This document shows positions 50,053 to 61,185 of a DNA stretch of 64,000 nucleotides, piece by piece (the stretch's first letter is position 1; each line of letters opens with the position of its first letter). A program made the position numbers and the translations under genes. Location: NCBI GenBank assembly GCA_008632985.1, contig QPGO01000068.1, positions 62,001 to 126,000 of the forward strand, written 5' to 3'. The notes beneath the pieces are model-generated. The model searched no databases. It was given only the letters and a program-made list of their open reading frames with translations, and was not told where the DNA came from. This DNA is from Psammoneis japonica. Taxonomy: Eukaryota.

Positions 50053-53000
50053 CTACATTGACATTTCTGCGTGCTGTTGCTGAGAAAAATGCGTGGCGCT
50101 TCTCTCCTTCATGAGTCTTGTCAAGGCTTCGTAGCCTTCTGGGACCTTGCATTTTTGCAGGTCCTTGCTCAGTGGCTTTCGCATGAACAGCCCTTCTCTG
50201 GTCTTTACTCTGGAGAGCACAACATGCACCCAATTCTGAGTGTAGCTCCAAGAGTGCACAAACAACTGCGGGACTCCACTCCCTTGCAGTTTGTGCCCTG
50301 CAGTGGCATTGTTGATGACAAACGGCAGCTGGGTTGCCTTCAGTTGGAAAGTGTGCCTTTGTTTGTCGCCTTCTTCTAAAATTAGGCTGGGCTTGGCGAT
50401 GCAAGCCCTGAAAGCATTTGTTTTTGGCTCAACTAAAAACTTCGCGAGGTCGATGCTTTTGTTGCAGTGTTCCAATGCAACGTGGTCTACCTGACTGGCA
50501 AGCACAGCAGGAATGCCAATGTTGTTGTCTAAAGTTGCCAGTCTTGGTTCCTGTCCTGGTTTGAGAACGACCTTGTCAACAGTGGCTTGCGTTCCGTTTG
50601 CTTGACCGTTTGCTGCATTTTCGTTGAAAGGTGTCATGACTCTGCATCTTCTGTAAATTCGTAAGACTGGATCCATTCTTCCTGATTGCATGACAACGTC
50701 TCCTTCACCACAGTTGTTCCAGAAGCTGTTGTAAACCGGAAATGGTTGGTAGAGTCTCGTGCCATTCTGCACCTGCAAGTCGTCACTGAAAATCAACATT
50801 GAGTCAAGGACGTCTCCATCTCTTCCATGCAGTGTTTCTGCTCTTTTTCGAATGGGCCAGTGTCAATTGCATCTCTGTCCTTATTTGCGCACGCAGCATG
50901 GCGGAGGTCACTGGGCAGATCATCTTCATTCTGAACCACTCATTCGTTGATGTGCTCTGTGTCGTCAACTGTGATCTTACCAGTGCGGAATCTCTTGAGC
51001 AGTTTTCCCCATGATGGATCGTCTTTAAACCTGTGCACACCACGAAGTTCTGTGTGGCAGTTGATCCACTCGTGAAACTCGGGACACACATCTTTGTGTG
51101 GTGGTTTCACTCCTTTTCCGACTGGTTCTAGTTGCCTGAGGTCACCTGCGAAAACAATGTTGACACCACCGCATGGCTTGCTCAATTCGCTCTTCAACAC
51201 TGTTAAATTCTCATGGAGTTTTTCTAGTTCTCTCTTGCTTGCAAAAGAAATCTCGTCTGCCGCCGAAAGTCTCGTGTCTGACCATGCTTCAATTTGCTCT
51301 TTGGTCATTTGCTTTCTTCTCATGAGGTGTGCAACTCGGTGGATTGTGTCCCCTTTGAGAACAGTCGCAGCCACTCCGGTCAGTGCAGTCACTCTGATTG
51401 TGCTTGTTGTGAACGGCTGCTCAACAAGCGAGCAATGCTCTCTTCCGCATTCCACGACGAGGTCTGTCATGGTTGATTTGCCACTTCCACCTGCACCATG
51501 TAAAAAACACACAAGTTGCAACGTTCTGCATCTTTGCACTTCCACGAGTTTCTTCAATCGGTGAAGGTTTGTTGCGAATTCGTGTCTGCCATTTCTCCTG
51601 TCAAGTCCATTGCGTGACATCTTGTCTTGAAGAGCGTCTTGGTGGTGAGTGAGCACAAAGGTTCCTGCTAGAATTTCAAAGGCACACTGCTGTTGCCCAT
51701 CCAGTCTTGCTTTCCTGGCCCAGTCTACGATGCTTGCTGCAGATCCGTTTGCTTGACGTGCATCGACGTGTTTTTCCAAACCTGTCACATCCTCAAACGA
51801 CCTTCTTGTTCTTTGCGTTCTAGTCAGTGTCACTCGAACAATGTCGTCTCTTGACAGTGGTCTGCTGTGGATGTGTTGTTGCACTCCTTCATTCTGGTCT
51901 TCCTCGTCGGTGTCATCGCCGCCCTCTAGATTCTCAAAAAGTTGTCGTTCATCAACCTGGCTTTCCTCGTTTGGTGGGTCAGTGTGCATGTCTGCCAAGC
52001 ATTTGCAACCACCCATGTGCAAACCTTTCTGTCTTGCACGTTTACCACTCAAATGCGCAGGAACAACTGCTTGGTCGCTCAACCCAATGTCATCGTCTTC
52101 TGGCTGCTCTGCCATTTCTTCCAAGAGTGCTTCCAGCAGTTGACCCTGAACGGCGCCTGAAAGACCTTCTTCCTCGTCACTTTTGCAACAGTCAAACGCA
52201 ACGTCAGCAGGTCTAAATTGCTCCATCTTTCTTTGCAGATCGTCAGATGTGCTTTTGAGACGAAGGCAGTTGGACTCAGCATCCTGCAGGTTCTGCAAGA
52301 AGTTCAAGTTTTCCTCTGCAATGACACCGGCTGCTGCGGAGAGTTGGAATTCATGCAGGCATGCATGGGTCATTGGTTTGAGTTCCGTCATTGTTCTGCA
52401 AGGTGCAAACAAGGCCAATGCCAACTTGCAGCACAATTCTTTGTCTGGTGTTGTTGGTTGCTGCGGATCTACAAGGCAACTGCCAAACTTGGCTGCATCA
52501 GGAAAATCACACTGAAGTGCTTTCAACAATCGCGGTTGCTGTCGCTGTCTGACACCTTGAAGAAACTCATTCTTCGTTGAATTGCAAGACGGGTGCCTGT
52601 GTGCTCTGTCATCAAACATCATCATGCCGTGTTCGTTTTTCCTTGTGTTGCAAAGAACTTCGCATTCACTAAAAAACGAAAACGGGCTGAGATTCTCCAG
52701 TGCTGTTGGACGACACAGGCAGTGCAAGGCCTGGCATTGGAAGAACGGTGCGTCGCCAAAACAGGCTACAGTCGCAGACACTTCATCTCTTTCTAGTGTG
52801 CTGACAATGTCTTTCAAGGGGCACCATGCGGTCAAATGAGATTCGATGAAACGGCTTCCATTCCTTGTCATGCAAGATGCAAGTGGTGGTCCAATGATGC
52901 TCATCTTGTCATGCGAGCAAGCACCCCACATGAGATGTCTGATTGCTTCCGATGCATCAGATGCGTGTTTCCGTAATTCCATTGCTGTCCTGTTCGTAGT

Positions 53001-55703
53001 TTGAAGCACTTCGTCGTACGATGCAGTGTCATCTTTCTGGGTGTCTTTTAGGATGCACTCAATCGTACACTGAGCAGATGGTCCAGGCATCAACAAAGCA
53101 ATGTTTGTGTTGCATGTCAGTTTTGATCTGCTTGTTGCAGGGCACGACACGTTTTGAAAAGCATCGTGCTTTCTCCTCTTTGGAACAACTTCCTTCACGC
53201 ACCGATGCGCAAAAGTTCCATCCCAGCTGAACCACTTTATCTGAGTGTCATCTGCGTTCCTTGCCAAATCATTTGGACACAAAGCAGCTGGTTGCCTGTG
53301 ATGGCAGTCACCCAGTTTGAGCTCCTCTTGTTTCCTTTTCCTTGACTGCGTGTCCAGTTCCTCGTGTGGGGTTTTTTTGTGCATTTTACGCAACTCCACG
53401 CATTTGGGAAAACACGACTTCGTAACGTGCATGTGATGGTTGTAAGCTGCGTCCGGTGTGCATGCCTCCATTGTCCCTTGCGGACCACTTCGCTGGCATT
53501 GTACACACATTGCTTTTAGTTGCTTTGCATGGTTGTCTGGATGGCGAGTCAGGCCAGGCACACGGTGCCGTGACTGTAAAAAGCTTTCTACAAACTCGAC
53601 GTTTGTCCAGCACTTGGTGCAGTGACGACAACAAGCAAACATTCCGTTCTTCGACTGCTGGCCGTCTTTGCGCCTCAGGTTTCTTAGCTGTTGGTCGTCT
53701 GCTGCTTTTGGAGAGGTGCGACACATTTTTGGCACTGTGCAGTCATGATCGAATGCTTCACGCAATGCGTCAGTGCTGAAGTCCTCGCTGCAGATTAATT
53801 CCGTGCTGCAGATCTTCTGAACTATGTTGGCAAGGCACTCAGCACCTTCACGTCGGATCTGTCTTGCTGGCGAATGCAGTTTCTCTCTTGCATTGTTGAT
53901 CGATGCGAACCAGATCTGCATGTGTCCGTGTGCTGCCAGACGTCCCTGCTCCTCAACTGCGGCTAAAAATGCGGCTGGCCTGCCAATGTAGAAGTTAAAG
54001 TTTTCTCTTGGTTGGTTGGCACTCAGATCCCAACCCACTGCCTCTTCTGTTGCAATGTCAAACAAGCACTCGAATGCAAAGGCTGTTAGACCGGGAAACT
54101 TTAGATGCAGTTCATTACGTTGCTCAGCCCTGCCAGCAAGAATTTCGTCCATCAGTTGTGTCACGTCTTCGTTTGGGTCCAGGATGACACCCGAGTGCAG
54201 TTGCACAAGAAACGAATTTGCATCGTCCGGACTGACGGTTAAGAAAATGCCACCCTGACCAAAATGATGCTGACAAGTTTCGGCGTTTCTCCTCATTTTC
54301 TTTGCTGCTTCGTCACTGTGTGGCAGAGATGCAGATGCAACGTCGAGTGTGCACAAAAAGTGGTGCCCGAGTCCACAATCTCTTCTCTTGCCCAAGTTGC
54401 GATCACAAACAGCTCTGTCCACATCATCCACTGTCAGTTTGTTTGCAAACTGTGCAGCCTGATTCTTGTCCCTGACTTTCCACCCTGCACTCTGTGGCAT
54501 CCTTTGCTTCATTGTCAAGTTGCAGCATGTTAACACGAAGAGCTGCTCGTGGAAGTGAGGCTGGGAAATCCGTGCCAAGTGGTCGGCAGAGTGTGCAAGG
54601 TTGGTGCCATCTGTGAGACTTCCGTCTTTCTTCATTCTCGTCTCATTGATTCCTCCTCTGCCAAAAGGAAACTGCAGCAGACACGCATTGATGAAGTTGT
54701 TGCCTTTGAAATCACTCGCAGATTCTTTAGACAACTGTGCTTGCACCTCTAAATCAAATCCATTGGCAGCAGCTTCGTGTGCAAGATCTTTGAAGCAGCC
54801 CAGGTTGCGCTGACCACCGGTCGCAGGAGACATGGTTCCATCAGGAAAGCAAATGTGAAATGACTCTGAGGTCTCAACATTCGCATTTTCTCCTTCTTCT
54901 TCGCTGGTGCTGTCGACAAGTGCGGGATTCCGCAGATTGCGCCTGGCTTCATCTAGATTTGTCTGTTGGCACACCCACTCTTGGTCATGGCACAACAGCC
55001 ATTCCATCGCCCTCAGCATGCAGTGCGTCCCAATTCTGTTCTTTGAACGCGCAAGTTGTCTTTGCTCCGGAGTCATCTTTCCAGTCATCAGTGCAATCAC
55101 ATTCTGATGTAAATTCAGTGCATCGAAGTGCACAACAGTTCTTACGATGCTTTGCATCTTGACTTTGTAGCATGTCAGACTTCCCCGAAGCTTCTTCTGT
55201 TTGCCGCCAAGGTGACTGAAGCAGCATCCGCATGTTTTCACTGGTGTGAGCATTGCTGATTCTGCTTCGGTCAGAGACAACAGTTCGTGCGGCGGGGTGC
55301 CAAAACAGCAGTTGTTCGCCATCGCGCACATTGGCGTGACAGCTCTTCCCAGGCTTCTTCGGCATTCGCTGCAGCAAGTGAATCCGTCGACGCGTCGTCT
55401 GTCTTCCTGCACTGCGCATTGGGCACGGGGAGAAAGCAGCAGGTCTTTGATCCAATCAGCATCTTCATGCTCTGCAGTGCAGCAGGACTTGAGACGATCA
55501 GATGTGCTGTTCCAGTCTGAAGGGGTGAGTGAGTTTCTTGCTGATTCCAATGTTTCGAGCGGCAAGTGGCAAACTTCTCTAGGTTTCAGCAGAACGTCAC
55601 AGACTGAACATGCGTGTGGTCTAAATTCTCCATCTCCATGTGGACAAAGCATCTCAAACTTTCTGTTGATTGCACTGCAAACACGGGAGTTGGCCTCGTC
55701 CAT
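50053..55703 (-). pseudogene. Helitron Rep-helicase (HUH replication initiator + PIF1 helicase), about 1900 aa, with one break near 50800-50940
   Basis: DUF6570-like PMCAMANNCCFGTPPHELLSLT; Rep motifs FGQGGIFLTVSPDD and VEEQGRLAAHGHMQIW; PIF1 motifs GAGGSGKST, TALTGVAATVLKGDTIH, DEISF, GGVNIVFAGDLRQLEPV, QLPF..ATAGHKLQG and HVVLSRV. Many conserved Tyr are replaced by Cys/His. Confidence 0.92.
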
Positions 55704-55789
55704 CTTGGTTTAAGATGACACTTTGACTCGACAAATTTCAAGAAGTCACTCAGCAAAAACAGTTGTTTTTTCAGTGCGATCACCGTGAA

Positions 55790-56470
55790 GCTGCGATCGG
55801 TGCTGTCCAATCACCACAGCAATGTGTGTTTTCTCACCACCTGCAGCACTGCGACTGGTGTCGTCCAGTCACCGCAGTGGTTCTGTCTGGTTGATCAACG
55901 AACCGCGTCGGTGCCATCCGTTCACCGCAGCGCTGTGTCGTCTTCTCACAACCTGTGCAATCAGGTCACTGTGAGTGCTGCGACTGGTGCTGTCCAGTCA
56001 CCGCAGCCGAGTTAATTGGTTGCTTGACGAACTGCGTCGGTGCCACCCGATCACCGCAGCGTTGTGTCGCGTTCTCACAACCTGTGCGATCAGGTCTCTG
56101 TGAGAGCTGCGACTGGTGTCGTCCAGTCACCGCAGCTGAGCTTGTGCGTCATCTCACAACCTGCATTACGAGGTGCAGCGCTGTGTTGTTTGCTCACAAC
56201 CTGTGCAATCAGGTCGCTGTGAGAGCTGCGACTGGTGTCGTCCAGTCACCGCAGCCAAGTGAATTGGTTGCTTGACGAACTGCGTCGGTGCCATCCGATC
56301 ACCGCAGCGTTGTGTCGTGTTCTCACAACCTGTGCGATCAGGTCTCTGTGAGAGCTGCAACTGGTGTCGTCCAGTCACCGCAGCTGAGCTTGTGCGTTGT
56401 CTCACAACCTGCGTTGCCAGGTCACTGTGAGAACTGAGAACTGCGATCGGTGTGGCCCAATCACCGTAGT
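55790..56470. repeat. Tandem array of hairpin-forming units, period ~119-129 bp
   Basis: The core GACTGG-N6-CCAGTCACCGCAG starts at 55853, 55982, 56111, 56230 and 56359 (AACTGG variant). It alternates with CGTCGGTGCCAYCCGWTCACCGCAG and CTCACAACCTGTGCRATCAGGTC..TGTGAG units. Confidence 0.92.
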
Positions 56471-56626
56471 TGGATGCTTTTCGTTTCCCTTTGCGCAAAG
56501 GTTCTGTCACAAAAAAGTGAGACGAAAGTGTGCCTCTTTCACCTCAACGGAAGAGTGACGTGTGCGTTCCTCCCACATCCTTCTTCGCACCAGACGTGCA
56601 ATGTCCTGCTTAGTTTCGTCGACGTT

Positions 56627-56735
56627 GAACATCCCATGGGACAAGATTTGGATCTTGTTCAAGTTGTTTCGACCATCTGCTCTGAACATTCCATGGGGCA
56701 AGATTCGGATCTTGTTCAAGTTGTTTCGGCAATCT
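56627..56735. repeat. ~57-bp tandem duplication
   Basis: GAACATYCCATGGGRCAAGATTYGGATCTTGTTCAAGTTGTTTCG occurs twice. Confidence 0.85.
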
Positions 56736-57270
56736 TGGTGGTGGGCGCAGCTTTGCGCAAATTCCGCAGAATCACGCTTTGACGAGTGGCGGGGCAGTTG
56801 AGTCAGTTGTGTGGCAATGACAATGCGATTGACATCATTCGTGTTTCCAAAGTGCGCGCGAATCCTCCAAATGGGTGATGGGCCCACCTCAGCCAACTGC
56901 CAGCACAGTGGTGACAGCGATGGCGTCGACCGTTTGGCGACTAGATTTCGTGCGCGATGGCCGCGCGGCAGCAACGGCTGAAATGCACATGAAGCACGGA
57001 CGGAATTGCACGTGATTTTACGCATTTTCAGCAAATTGGTGCGACTTTGCGTGCTCCGATCCTTGCATCTGTTTTGTTCAAATTGAATCCATGCACCACT
57101 TGCAAGTGCTGACACCTGGAAGGTTGCCTTGTTGCAGTTCGACGTGTTTGGATCTAGTTGCTGACGTTGCCAGTTCTCCTTGGCATGATGTGCGCAGCTC
57201 TGCTGGGTCTTTCTTGGCACTTCTGAACGATTGCACTTTTTGTTCCCACAATTTCTCTCCGACTGATTCG

Positions 57271-58143
57271 ATGGCATGCAAAAGAAACACAACGACCTCC
57301 CCGGCTGCGAAAGCCAAAGTCGCCGAAACCAAACAGAAGAAGGCAAAGACGAAGTTTTCTGATGCTCTGTTGAAGAAACTGGGTCCGCCCCGCAAGACCA
57401 ACGGCTTGACCGACGACGACCTTAAACCGGAAGACCACCTTGCCAAGCACGGGTTCAAGCTTTCCAAATCTGCCGGTTCTGACGATGGCAGCCATTCCGA
57501 TGAGGACGCCCTCCTGCGCTGCACCACCATCACTGTCGGCCGCAAGAAAGGCGTTGTTTTTCGTCTCCAAGCCAAGAGTCCCCTTTTGACTGATGTTTGG
57601 TCGGAGAAGGTTCTGTTTGACAACCTTCGCAGCAGGACTCCGTGGGCGGTTCAAGTCGGATTCCACCCTTGTGCTGGCAGGTGGGTTCACGAAGGCGAGT
57701 TGCAGACGAACGCCAAGAACTGCGCCGTGCGTCTCTTCTTCATCTTCCTCGAAGAAGTCCCAACCGATGCTAAAGTGCGCGGCCTTGGGAAGTGCATTGC
57801 GAAGCAGCTCAATGATGACCCTGAGAACAACACCGAGGTCTTCGTTGAAGACGACTTCTTCTGGATGAAGGATGCTGTTTGGTCTGAAGTGATCGGCAAC
57901 GAGGCAGCGCTTGCCGAGCTTCAGAAGGAAGGTGGTCAGTTTCACATCGGTTGGTGTGCCCAAAACAAGAACTCACTTCACAGTTGCTTCTACGAGGGGT
58001 CGTTGCCTGTGGAACTCTGTCGTCTCATTGGAGCTCCGGCAGAAGAAGCTGGAGAAGAGGCCGACGATGATGTCGAGCTCAACTGTGAAGTTGACCTGAA
58101 CGTCGATGACGACTTGGTGCTTCAGGACAGCGACGAAGACTGA
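57271..58143 (+). CDS. Hypothetical protein with a basic N-terminus, globular core and acidic C-terminal tail
   Basis: 290-codon open frame from MACKRNTTTSPAAKAK to DDDLVLQDSDED with coding-like third-position C/G bias; no domain recognised. Confidence 0.65.
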   Translation: MACKRNTTTSPAAKAKVAETKQKKAKTKFSDALLKKLGPPRKTNGLTDDDLKPEDHLAKHGFKLSKSAGSDDGSHSDEDALLRCTTITVGRKKGVVFRLQAKSPLLTDVWSEKVLFDNLRSRTPWAVQVGFHPCAGRWVHEGELQTNAKNCAVRLFFIFLEEVPTDAKVRGLGKCIAKQLNDDPENNTEVFVEDDFFWMKDAVWSEVIGNEAALAELQKEGGQFHIGWCAQNKNSLHSCFYEGSLPVELCRLIGAPAEEAGEEADDDVELNCEVDLNVDDDLVLQDSDED

Positions 58144-58230
58144 GTTGTTTTTTTTTTTGCCGGTGCAGTGTAAATTTGCAAATGTTTGGCAAACCAAGTG
58201 TTGATTGCAACTCAGCTTTCCTCTGTCTCT

Positions 58231-59217
58231 TCAAGTGTGTGCCATCTCCGACGACAACTTGTCGTTACTGCGAAGCAATGGCGAATTGAGCAGAGCAACT
58301 AGCGTGTGACGTCCAGTGCAGTGACAGCAAAAAAACAGTTCAGTTGAGTTCTTGAGCAAAATTGGCCATTTCGCGATGGGCAAATGCTTCCGTTCCAAGT
58401 GTGTCAGAGTGGGACGTCGCATGTGCTGGCTGGTTGACTGAGAAGTCTCCTCTTTCTTGGCGCACTTGTGGAAGACGAGATGTTTCACGTCTCCGCTGTG
58501 CCACAAAAAGTCGCCATCATGGCAATCCGCCGTGAAGGACTCGCACATCCACTCTCCCGCGTGCGACGCGAACAGCGGATCTAGCGCCACCACCACGGTC
58601 CCAGCACGACACAACTTCGAAAGCATCGCCTCTGCCTTCTGCTGTGTGTTCTTGTCATCGACCATGCGGGAGTTGCAGTTGTTGAAGAACACCTTGAGTC
58701 CTTTCTTTTTCCACAAAGGAGCCAGCCTCTCGTCCAAGAATGACTTGTTGATCAACTCTAACCCGCCGTTCGAGCGAAGGCCAGCACGATGAGCCCAACG
58801 TACAGCCTCTTGGTGACGATCGTGGTCGGCCTCGATGCTCACCACGGTGCAACGGCGACGAAGTAACTTGAGCCCGATGCTGGGTCCGGCAACTCCCCCG
58901 CCCATGTCGACAGATGCATCACAGGTGTGATTCACGCCAAGAAGGCGTTCGTTCAAAAACACTTCGCTGCTCAAAGCGAAGCCAACTTCGCCGCCGTGCG
59001 AAGATCCGCTTCCGTCTCCGGAGACACGCCTGCTCTGGAACGCGGAGTCCGGAGCCGTTTGAAGACAAAACTCCCCAACACTTCTGCAACGATGGTTCAT
59101 CGCATCCAACCTTGTGGCAACATCAACCTTGCTTGCAGCGGGTTCGACCAGACATCGCGTTTCCAAACCAAACTGTGACGTGCACAGAATGCGTAAAATT
59201 ACCGTCGCGCCCTCCAT
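58231..59217 (-). CDS. DOT1-like (histone H3K79-type) class I SAM-dependent methyltransferase, mutated
   Basis: Ordered motifs SHGGEV (cf. YGE), DASVDMGGGVAG (cf. DVFVDLGSGVG), VVSIEA (cf. GIEI), NKSFLD, VFFNNCN (cf. IFVNNF), LCRAGTVVVAL (cf. LKPGTRIVSL) and FLWHS (cf. VSWT). Confidence 0.7.
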   Translation of the reverse strand: MEGATVILRILCTSQFGLETRCLVEPAASKVDVATRLDAMNHRCRSVGEFCLQTAPDSAFQSRRVSGDGSGSSHGGEVGFALSSEVFLNERLLGVNHTCDASVDMGGGVAGPSIGLKLLRRRCTVVSIEADHDRHQEAVRWAHRAGLRSNGGLELINKSFLDERLAPLWKKKGLKVFFNNCNSRMVDDKNTQQKAEAMLSKLCRAGTVVVALDPLFASHAGEWMCESFTADCHDGDFLWHSGDVKHLVFHKCAKKEETSQSTSQHMRRPTLTHLERKHLPIAKWPILLKNSTELFFCCHCTGRHTLVALLNSPLLRSNDKLSSEMAHT

Positions 59218-59692
59218 GCGGCGAAATTTTCAAACGCGGCGTGCTGCCTCCACCTGCGCATGGAGCGACGTGTGGAGTCATTTTGAACAGATGTGTGGAC
59301 GCGTTGAAACAATAAGATGCCTTTGGGCGACAAAATTTGTTTTGAATCTCGGCCTGCTTCTCATCGTCACCGCACTTGCACATCCGTGTAATTCAAACAC
59401 ACGAGCTGGCATGGCACGTGACACACTTCTACGCGAGAACTCGTGCTGAGATTGCCGTGGGATGATCCTCCCTCCGCGGAGACAAAAACAACGCGACAAC
59501 ACTTCCGTCATCATGTTTTGAAACACATTTCAAATTGAGACACACCATGTCGCAACTACCTCGTGCCTCGCTGCGTCGTCCTGCCAACGACAAGCACTTG
59601 TCGTGATCGAGTTACAGCCGGTCTCGACAGTGTGGGGGTTTGGGACGTGCAGCTCGCAGCCCGACAACAAGCAAACACTTCTCGCGATCAGG

Positions 59693-59858
59693 TTTCGACC
59701 CCACTCCCCTGGAGTCCGCTGGTCCCTGTCAACAGAGTTTTGCTTTGGGTGCTCTTGAGGCAACGGAAAGCAGACACATCTCTTGATTGGGTTTTGACCC
59801 CACTCCCCTGGAGTCCGCCGGTCCCTGTCGACAGAGTTCTGCTTTGGGCACTGTTGAG
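59693..59858. repeat. ~66-bp direct repeat, two copies ~99 bp apart, between the divergent DOT1-like and dioxygenase genes
   Basis: TTTYGACCCCACTCCCCTGGAGTCCGCYGGTCCCTGTCRACAGAGTTYTGCTTTGGG starts at ~59693 and ~59793. Confidence 0.88.
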
Positions 59859-59936
59859 ACGACAGTGACAGTGTCAAGCAGCAGAACATTTACCGGCAAG
59901 TTCGCACACACGTTCTCTGCGAACACCGCATCGTCA

Positions 59937-60980
59937 ATGCGCACCAGGACACACGAGAATGTGTTGAGGGCTCAACCGCCACTTCGTAAGGCCCACCGCA
60001 GCCGCAGGCGAATCCGCAGCCGCGCCAGCAGGAAAACATCCAAGATTGCTCGCCTCGTTCCACTCGCACCGTGCGCCACTGAGAGTCTCTCCATGCACTG
60101 CGTAGCCAACCGCACTCTAGTTTATAACGGCGACTACACTCAGCCTGCACCACCTTGTCTTGCTGACATTGACTTTGCCAAATTGGCTCCTCTGGTCGTC
60201 TGTGACCCTGTGCTCGATCTGAAGCCTTTCTTTGGCTTGGACGGTTGCCACTGCAACAACACCTGCACCCTGCTGCCGCGTTCTGCTGTGGTGTTCAGCT
60301 CCCCCAACCCAGCAGAACCAGTTGCTCAGTGCCGAGCGCTCGAAGCACTGGAATGCTGCACCGCCCAGTCCACCGTGCGCGGCAAACAACGCGTTGCCTT
60401 CATGGAGATGGACAGGAGCAAGCATTCCACGATTGGCCTGGCTGCCACGAGATGCACTTGAATTTCTTGCAAGCAGCCTGGCACAGCCGACCAACACACT
60501 CACCACCTCACCAGACTTCTTTCACGCATGGAGCACCTTGTCAATGAGTGCGTGGACTGTGCCATCCTCAAGGGCATCGCTCGTGTCAAAAAGTTTCACA
60601 ACTGGAAATCCCTGGTGCGGTCAGATGGCATTTTCTCCTCTCTGGCGGCTGGGCGCAATGTCTTCCTCAACGCCCATCAGGACCAGGACTTCTTCCTGTC
60701 AGCAGTCACCGTGGTGGGAGTCCCTCCGTCCGGCAGCCACACCATGAATGACGGGATTGTGGCGTGCTTCTGCTTCCCTGCCGAAGGCATCTCCGTTGCA
60801 CTCCGGCTTGGTGATGTCATCATTTTTAACCCCACCAAGCACCACTGCATCTCCAGCAGGACAAACTCAAACGACGAGTTCTTCTGCATGTCTCTCTACC
60901 TGAAGAGTGCTGCAGTGGGCAAGAACAACAATTCAGTCCCCCTTTCTCTAGAGGAAGAGACCATTCTCAGGCGACTGTGA
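59937..60980 (+). CDS. Fe(II)/2OG-type dioxygenase resembling the TET/JBP family, with a frameshift near 60460
   Basis: IFSSLAAGRNVFLNAHQDQDF (HxD), FCFPAEGISVALRLGDVIIFNPTKHHC (distal His) and CMSLYLK. The upstream frame (VRGKQRVAF..KHSTIGLAATR) abuts it and probably encodes the N-terminal half. Confidence 0.65.
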
Positions 60981-61185
60981 CAGCACAAAATGACTTGCTA
61001 AATTTGCGTAAATTTGCTGACTTTCTGTGCTCAGGCGACTGTGCAGGTGCCTGCCAATTTGCCAGATTTGCGCAAATTTACCGACTTTCTGTTCTTCCTC
61101 GTTCCCATTTTTCGAACCACAACTGGGGCCACGCCTTTCCAACCAATGCTGCAGTTTCGCTGAAAAACACCAACACACTGTGCTG

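Noticed and set aside
55790..56470. CRISPR-like appearance (palindromic repeats at regular spacing)
   Set aside because: The intervening sequences are themselves repeated rather than unique spacers, there are no cas genes, and the context is eukaryotic.
57154..57963. 269-aa antisense ORF overlapping the 57.3-kb gene
   Set aside because: It is an expected shadow of codon bias plus TpA depletion and has no recognisable motifs.
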